Shown piece by piece: positions 58,425 through 64,000 of a DNA stretch of 64,000 nt. Both the position numbers and the translations under genes were made by a program. The DNA lies in contig CAZPCB010000003.1 of the NCBI GenBank assembly GCA_964585065.1, positions 526 to 64,525 of the forward strand, in the 5' to 3' direction. The notes under the pieces were generated by a model. The model saw only the letters and a list, made by a program, of their open reading frames with translations. It was not told the DNA's origin and ran no database searches. Every line of letters begins with the position of its first letter. The stretch's first letter is position 1. The stretch comes from an uncultured Candidatus Saccharibacteria bacterium. Lineage in GTDB: Bacteria > Patescibacteriota > Minisyncoccia > SW-4-49-11.

Positions 58425-60719
58425 TTAGTTAAAATGCTTTTCAATAATAGCTATTTCAGCATTCACATCCTCATCTGATAGAGATTGCTCTAAATCTCGA
58501 AATTCCAAATGAAATGTATATTTGATAGCAGTGTCTGTTACGAATATATCTCTAAGGTCAATATATTCACATCGTGAAGATACCAATGACTTAATAGCAT
58601 TATAGATTTCCTGAGAAGATAATGACGGAGAAGCAGCAATGGTAACATCTCTTTTTACAGCAGGATATTTAGGAATAGGGATATATTTTTCTATAATAGG
58701 AGTGAGAATACCTACCAAAACGGTAATATCTAATTCTATAACCAAATCTTCACCATGAATCCAACCAATTGGTTGTTCTGCATAGGTAATGATATGCCCC
58801 TCATCATTTACCTGTGTTTTTAATATATTCGTATCAAATCCTAATTGAGTAATTAGTAATACAATATCATGATAAGTTTGATTTATATTCTCAGTAGCGG
58901 TTTTATGTTTATCCCAAAAGGCAATACTCAAATGTAAATGTTGCTCTGCGGTAAACACATGACTTAATTCAAATAATCTCAAAGTATCTCGATAATTTTG
59001 ATTTAATATAACAGCATCAGCCAGGGACCGGGTTAAATTTTGTCTTAAATATGGCTTAGATTCGTCTACCGGGTTTATTAATTTGAGATTCCCCTCAACT
59101 GAATAAGGATAGGTAATAATTTCTATATACCCAATTTTTGCTAAAGTTTCTGATAGTATTCGTTTAAATGCAAATAACGAATTAATAGTTGGGGTAATTT
59201 TCTCAATATTGAGTGTGGCAGGAATTGTATCATATCCATAAAGTCGAGCTATTTCTTCTATATATTCTTCTGGGGTATTCAAATCTAATCTCCAATATGG
59301 TGCTGTTAAATGATATTGATGAGACCCAAATGGCTTATGAACATGTACTTGTAAAGCTTTAAAATAGGCATTGATATTCCCATCCGGAATATCAGCTCCG
59401 ATATAACGACGCACATAATCATAATCGAGATTAACTGTTTTATGGCTAGTGGTATTATGCCCCTTATGGCTATATCCAAGTACTCCAAGCCCTGATTGTG
59501 TTACAAGATGAAGAATACGCTGCATCGCAATATCAGCTAATTCCACGGGTATATTTCGCTCAAAACGCTTGGCTGATTCTGTTAATAATTTTAATCTTCT
59601 GGCTGTCTTGCGAATTCTCTCGGCATTAAAATGAGCACTTTCTATTAAAACTTGTGTAGTTCCATCTCCAACGGCAGTAGCAGCTCCTCCAATAATTCCT
59701 GCTAAGGCAATAATTTGCTCTTCATCACAAATGACAATATCCCCTTCCTCTAATACAATTTCTGTTTCATTAATAGTAAGAAGAGTTTCCCCCTTTTTTG
59801 CTTCTCTGATAGTTAAGGTATTACCTTTAATTTTCTCTACATCAAAAACATGTACGGGCTGCCCAATTTCAAATAAAATAAAATTACCTAAATCAACCGC
59901 AGGATGATGCACTTTTTGATTTAATATTTGTAATAATTTATGTATACGATCATCTAATTTGAATGTATCGGTTTGTACATATAAATCAACTCTATAGGCA
60001 CCCTTACTGAGCACATTAGAATCAAATTTATAATTACTTAATCCAGATAAAGCTAATAGGGAATAATAGGTACAAGCTTCTGTCTCAATTTGAATATATT
60101 TTTTGATTTGTTGCTTTGGAAATGGAGCTAATTCTAGAGGTTTTAATTTTTTTTCTGTAATTAGGGCTACTTCCCTTGCCACCCCATAAAATGACGATGA
60201 GTCACTGGCTCTGGTTCCAAGCCCTTTATTATCAATATCAATAATTGCCTCATCAAGTCCTAATACTTCTGATACCGGTTTTCCTTCTGTTGAATTGGGT
60301 GGTAATATTAATACCCCACTTGATTCTCCCCCATCTAAGCCAAGTTCCTGCGCTGAGCAAATCATACCAAATGAATCTTGCCCTCTTAATTTTACTGCTT
60401 GTATGGTAAGTCCATTTGGTAAAGTTGCTCCAATACGAGCTATAGCAACTTTCTGACCTAATTCTATATTTTTTGCCCCACATACAATGGTTAATACTTC
60501 TCCATTGCCTACAGCAACTTGTGTTATTTGTAATTTATCTGCATTGGGATGTGGCTGTATTTCTTGAATATGACCAACTACTACATTATTAAGACTAGTA
60601 GCGGGATTATATACAGAATCAACTTCATAGCTTTTAAGGGTGATTAAATCTGCTATTTCTTCTGGGGTTTGGGTTAATTCGGGGATGAATTCTAAAAGTG
60701 TAGAGAAGGGAATTTTCAT
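58425..60719 (-). CDS. pheT: Phenylalanine--tRNA ligase beta subunit
   Basis: 764 aa. The N-terminal tRNA-binding domain (VVVGHIQEIQPHPNADKLQITQV...FGMICSAQELGL), the B3/4 and B5 domains and the C-terminal domain are present. It overlaps pheS by 4 nt. Confidence 0.9.
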   Translation of the reverse strand: MKIPFSTLLEFIPELTQTPEEIADLITLKSYEVDSVYNPATSLNNVVVGHIQEIQPHPNADKLQITQVAVGNGEVLTIVCGAKNIELGQKVAIARIGATLPNGLTIQAVKLRGQDSFGMICSAQELGLDGGESSGVLILPPNSTEGKPVSEVLGLDEAIIDIDNKGLGTRASDSSSFYGVAREVALITEKKLKPLELAPFPKQQIKKYIQIETEACTYYSLLALSGLSNYKFDSNVLSKGAYRVDLYVQTDTFKLDDRIHKLLQILNQKVHHPAVDLGNFILFEIGQPVHVFDVEKIKGNTLTIREAKKGETLLTINETEIVLEEGDIVICDEEQIIALAGIIGGAATAVGDGTTQVLIESAHFNAERIRKTARRLKLLTESAKRFERNIPVELADIAMQRILHLVTQSGLGVLGYSHKGHNTTSHKTVNLDYDYVRRYIGADIPDGNINAYFKALQVHVHKPFGSHQYHLTAPYWRLDLNTPEEYIEEIARLYGYDTIPATLNIEKITPTINSLFAFKRILSETLAKIGYIEIITYPYSVEGNLKLINPVDESKPYLRQNLTRSLADAVILNQNYRDTLRLFELSHVFTAEQHLHLSIAFWDKHKTATENINQTYHDIVLLITQLGFDTNILKTQVNDEGHIITYAEQPIGWIHGEDLVIELDITVLVGILTPIIEKYIPIPKYPAVKRDVTIAASPSLSSQEIYNAIKSLVSSRCEYIDLRDIFVTDTAIKYTFHLEFRDLEQSLSDEDVNAEIAIIEKHFN

Positions 60720-61696
60720 AATTGTATTTTACCTAACTGAGATGTAAATCGTATATCGGCTGAATGAATTAACCTAATATCATCAATACCATATAATATC
60801 ATTGCAAGTCTTTCTACTCCAAATCCAAAGGCAAAACCTTGTATATTAGGGTCAGTGACACCTCCATTTTTGAGTACTATTCGATTCACCATACCGGCCC
60901 CTGCAATTTCAAGCCAATGATCTTCTATCCAAATATCTATTTCAAAGCTCGGTTCAGTAAAGGGAAAATAGCTTGGACGAAGACGGATTTTGATATCTTG
61001 TTGGAATAATTCTTTGAAAAAATACTGTATAACTCCTTTGAAAGTAGCAATACTTGTATTTGTATCTATCATAAGACCCTCTACTTGATGAAAAACTGTC
61101 TCATGAGTTGAGTCTGTTGCCTCATAACGATATACTTTACCTGGAGCAATAATACGAATAGGTGGCTTATGTGACTCCATATAATGAATTTGTACGGGTG
61201 AAGTATGAGTACGCAATAATGACTTTATTCCTGCAGGATTTTGAACCCATATAGTGTCCCATACATCTCGAGCTGGATGAGAAGCAGGAATATTGAGAGA
61301 ATCAAAATTATATTTCTCAGTCTCAACTTCGGGACCTGTTGCAACAGAAAACCCAATCTCTGCAAAAATATCCTGAATCCTAAATATAAGCCAAGATATT
61401 GGAGATAAGCCTCCTAATTCAGCTTTAATATCAGTAGTATTAATAGGATATATATCAATAGATTCAGCTTTTGTAGCGGGCTTATGCTCAGCAATATAAA
61501 CTTCAATAATTTGCTTAAGTTCATTTACTTTTTGGCCATATTCTGCTTTACCTTCTGGGATAATATCTTTTACCCCTTTGAATAATTCTGCAATATATCC
61601 TTTACGGGACACATATTTATGTTCTATCTCTTCTATTGCTAATCCTTTTTGTATATCCGCTTGATATTCTGCTTGTACTGATTCAATAGATGCCAT
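60716..61696 (-). CDS. pheS: Phenylalanine--tRNA ligase alpha subunit
   Basis: 326 aa. The class II aaRS core includes FPFTEPSFEIDIW and GFAFGFGVERLAM. Confidence 0.9.
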   Translation of the reverse strand: MASIESVQAEYQADIQKGLAIEEIEHKYVSRKGYIAELFKGVKDIIPEGKAEYGQKVNELKQIIEVYIAEHKPATKAESIDIYPINTTDIKAELGGLSPISWLIFRIQDIFAEIGFSVATGPEVETEKYNFDSLNIPASHPARDVWDTIWVQNPAGIKSLLRTHTSPVQIHYMESHKPPIRIIAPGKVYRYEATDSTHETVFHQVEGLMIDTNTSIATFKGVIQYFFKELFQQDIKIRLRPSYFPFTEPSFEIDIWIEDHWLEIAGAGMVNRIVLKNGGVTDPNIQGFAFGFGVERLAMILYGIDDIRLIHSADIRFTSQLGKIQL

Positions 61697-61711
61697 ATGC
61701 TATTCTTATTA

Positions 61712-62092
61712 TTATTTTGTCTCTTGAGCGATGAAGAAAAATTCTAAAACAAATACCACTATTGTTAATATTGTAGCACTAAATACATTCCAAAGCAAAA
61801 ATCCTTGCAAAGCCAAATGTAATCCAAATAATAATCCTAATATTAATCCTTGTCTTTCTGAACGTATTAATAAATATGCTGGTTTTTTTGTTTTATTGCG
61901 GAATAAAAACAGCCGTATACCATATCCTATAAAGGCTGTAATAGACCAAATAATAATACTGAAACTTGCAATAAGCCCCCAAACAATGGTTATATTTACC
62001 TCAGTAGGATTGGTTTTAACAATAATATAATATATACCCCCAAGCCCACTTAAGAGTAGTATTGTATTCAGCCATAATAATAGCTTTGTCAT
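61712..62092 (-). CDS. Small 4-TM membrane protein, hypothetical
   Basis: 126 aa with four hydrophobic segments and no recognisable family. Confidence 0.4.
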   Translation of the reverse strand: MTKLLLWLNTILLLSGLGGIYYIIVKTNPTEVNITIVWGLIASFSIIIWSITAFIGYGIRLFLFRNKTKKPAYLLIRSERQGLILGLLFGLHLALQGFLLWNVFSATILTIVVFVLEFFFIAQETK

Positions 62093-62097
62093 ATTAT

Positions 62098-62634
62098 CTA
62101 TTTTTTATCATAGGCCTCAGCCCCTGTAATTAAAATAGCTTGTGCCTCTGCTTTATCTCCAAATCCTTCAATTTTTACAAATTCATATTTTCCTGGCTCA
62201 AGTTTTTTATAATCAGCCATGAATAATTCTATTTCTTTCTTAAGATGAGATTCAATATCTGCTAAATCTTTAATATGCGAAAGCCTTGGGTCTAATTTAG
62301 TTACTGGGGCACAAATTAATTTATGATCAATTCCTGCCTCATCACTCATTTTAAGTACTCCTACTGCTCTTGCCTTTACCACACATCCAGGAAATGTAGG
62401 TCTTGTTGCAAGCAAAATTACATCCAAGGCATCTCCATCTTGTCCATGTGTTTGTGGTACAAAACCGTATTCAAAAGGATAAATAAGAGGAGAATATAGA
62501 GTTCTATCTAATTTAAAATAGCCCCCTTTTTCATCATATTCAAATTTTGAAGTAGAATTCATAGCAATATCAATTACTACATTAAATTCTTCTGGCAAAG
62601 ATTCTAATCTTGGAACATCAGTATATAGATTCAT
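62098..62634 (-). CDS. ppa: Family I inorganic pyrophosphatase
   Basis: 178 aa. DGDALDVIL and the surrounding acidic motif are typical of PPase. Confidence 0.85.
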   Translation of the reverse strand: MNLYTDVPRLESLPEEFNVVIDIAMNSTSKFEYDEKGGYFKLDRTLYSPLIYPFEYGFVPQTHGQDGDALDVILLATRPTFPGCVVKARAVGVLKMSDEAGIDHKLICAPVTKLDPRLSHIKDLADIESHLKKEIELFMADYKKLEPGKYEFVKIEGFGDKAEAQAILITGAEAYDKK

Positions 62635-62664
62635 ATGTATATTAATTAAAACTAATCCTATTAA

Positions 62665-63981
62665 TTATTCGGTCTTTTCAGCTTCTTCTGTAATAATTTC
62701 TTCAGTTACCACTTCTTCGGCCTGAACAGGAGCTTCCACTACTTCAGTATTTTCTTCTGTGGGAATTATTTCCTCTTTTGGTTCAACTATTTCTTCTGTG
62801 ACAACTTCTTCTGTAATCACCTCTTCAACTGGAGCTGATTTAGTCTCATCTTTAGTCTCAGGATTTAAATTAATATCATATCCCGTAAGTCTAGAAGCTA
62901 GGCGAACATTTTGTCCTGACCCTCCAATAGCAAGAGATAATTGATCTTGTGGAACAATCACTTTGGCTTGATGATTTTCCTCATCAATAGTAATAGACTC
63001 AACTTGCGCAGGAGCAATAGCAGCCTTAATGAAATCTTCTAATTTTTCAGAATATTCAATAATATCTATTTTCTCACCACCAAGTTCATTGATAACAGAT
63101 TGTACTCTTGTACCTCTTTGTCCCACACAGGCACCAACTGGATCAATACCATCTCCCTTAGCTTTTACCGCTAATTTTGTTCTTACACCAGCATCACGAG
63201 CAATAGCTACAATTTCAACAGTACTTGAGAAAATTTCAGGAACTTCTAGAGCGAATAATGTTTTTACAAAATCGGTACTTCGGCGAGACAATACAATATT
63301 AGGGTCACGGTCCGTAGTCTCAACATTTTGAATTAAGAATTTATATCTGCTTCCAATACGATAATTATCTGCATATACCTGTTCGGATGGGAATAATAAT
63401 CCTACACCTTTACCAAGATCAACAAATACAATTCCTCTATCCATTCTCTGAACAGTTCCTACAATAATTTCACCCACTCTATCCTTATATACTTCAAAAG
63501 CAGTAGCTCGCTCAATTTCTCGAATTTTTTGCATTAATACTTGCTTTGCTGTTTGAGCTGCAATACGTCCAAATTCTTCTTTGGGTTCTAATTCTTCTAC
63601 AATTTCTTCACCTTCTTTAATATCCGGTTGTATTGCCTGTGCATCTACAAGTGCAATATGTCTATCCGGATTAAATCGGATTTTTCGAATTCCATCTTCA
63701 CTTTCTTCTTGTTCTTGTCCTAATTCCTCAGCTGTTTGATCATCTTTCAGAATAATATATCCTTCCTCATCAGCGGTAACTACGGTCTTATATTGAAAAA
63801 TAGAAAAAATACCAGAATCTCTATTTAATTGAGATTTAATAATTTGGCTTTTTTCCCCATAATCTTTTTTATAGGCAGCAGCAATAGCTGTTTCTATCAC
63901 CTCAATGATTTTCTCTTCTGGAATATTTTTCTCCTCTGCAATTTGGGTAATGGCAAAGGTAAATTGTTTTGCATCTAACAT
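62665..63981 (-). CDS. nusA: Transcription termination/antitermination factor NusA with an acidic repetitive C-terminal tail
   Basis: 438 aa. The N-terminal domain, the S1 domain and two KH domains (LAIGGSGQNVRLASRLTGYDINL) are present. The C-terminal 60 aa or so are (V/I)TEE(V/I)V-type acidic repeats rather than AR1/AR2. Confidence 0.9.
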   Translation of the reverse strand: MLDAKQFTFAITQIAEEKNIPEEKIIEVIETAIAAAYKKDYGEKSQIIKSQLNRDSGIFSIFQYKTVVTADEEGYIILKDDQTAEELGQEQEESEDGIRKIRFNPDRHIALVDAQAIQPDIKEGEEIVEELEPKEEFGRIAAQTAKQVLMQKIREIERATAFEVYKDRVGEIIVGTVQRMDRGIVFVDLGKGVGLLFPSEQVYADNYRIGSRYKFLIQNVETTDRDPNIVLSRRSTDFVKTLFALEVPEIFSSTVEIVAIARDAGVRTKLAVKAKGDGIDPVGACVGQRGTRVQSVINELGGEKIDIIEYSEKLEDFIKAAIAPAQVESITIDEENHQAKVIVPQDQLSLAIGGSGQNVRLASRLTGYDINLNPETKDETKSAPVEEVITEEVVTEEIVEPKEEIIPTEENTEVVEAPVQAEEVVTEEIITEEAEKTE

Positions 63982-64000
63982 ACTACTATTCTTATCTTAT

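Overview
This is an AT-rich bacterial chromosomal window, roughly 30% GC by eye outside the 16S gene, using the standard genetic code. Long intact ORFs such as a 398-aa EF-Tu, a 975-aa NrdA and a 1076-aa helicase rule out a UGA sense code. About 63 of 64 genes are on the minus strand. The content is core housekeeping. A tuf-S10-spc ribosomal-protein cluster (rpsJ to secY) lacks L30 and stops at secY, with no adk, map, infA, rpmJ or alpha-operon genes following. secE-nusG, rplK-rplA and rplJ-rplL lie in three separate pieces instead of one contiguous block. A complete 16S rRNA gene has no 23S or tRNA following; murJ sits 160 bp downstream. Other genes include lepA, lemA-htpX, pyk, dnaG-rpoD, pheST, nusA, ppa, a class I ribonucleotide reductase nrdAB, sod, a vitamin K epoxide reductase (VKOR) homologue and an M3 peptidase. 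The absence of L30, the unlinked 16S, divergent universal-primer sites in the 16S, the reduced operons and the low GC suggest a Candidate Phyla Radiation (CPR/Patescibacteria)-like organism; this is inference. No transposase, integrase, CRISPR array or tRNA gene was seen. The most distinctive non-core content is fivefold. (1) A pair of paralogous proteins with a signal peptide and a C-terminal TM anchor brackets a Gly/Thr/Cys-rich secreted protein with two FN3-like domains; one paralog is cut by an in-frame TAA at a codon that is AAA in its sibling. (2) A 6.6-kb block of three paralogous polytopic sensor histidine kinases, an ABC-F ATPase and an RNHCP zinc-ribbon protein is wedged between nusG and tuf, with no response regulator anywhere in the window. 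(3) A 14-kb block (nrdAB, an uncharacterised 150-aa protein, a UvrD-helicase/RecB-nuclease fusion, a GT4 glycosyltransferase, a DUF4012-like envelope protein, murB, a PrsW-like protease and hsp20) splits rplKA from rplJL. (4) Several minus-strand TTGAC(A/T)-N17-TA(T/G)AAT-like promoters, one a perfect consensus and three with one or two mismatches, sit immediately downstream of hairpin terminators. (5) A GC-rich 10-N12-10 palindrome abuts the start codon of the uncharacterised gene between nrdB and the helicase-nuclease.
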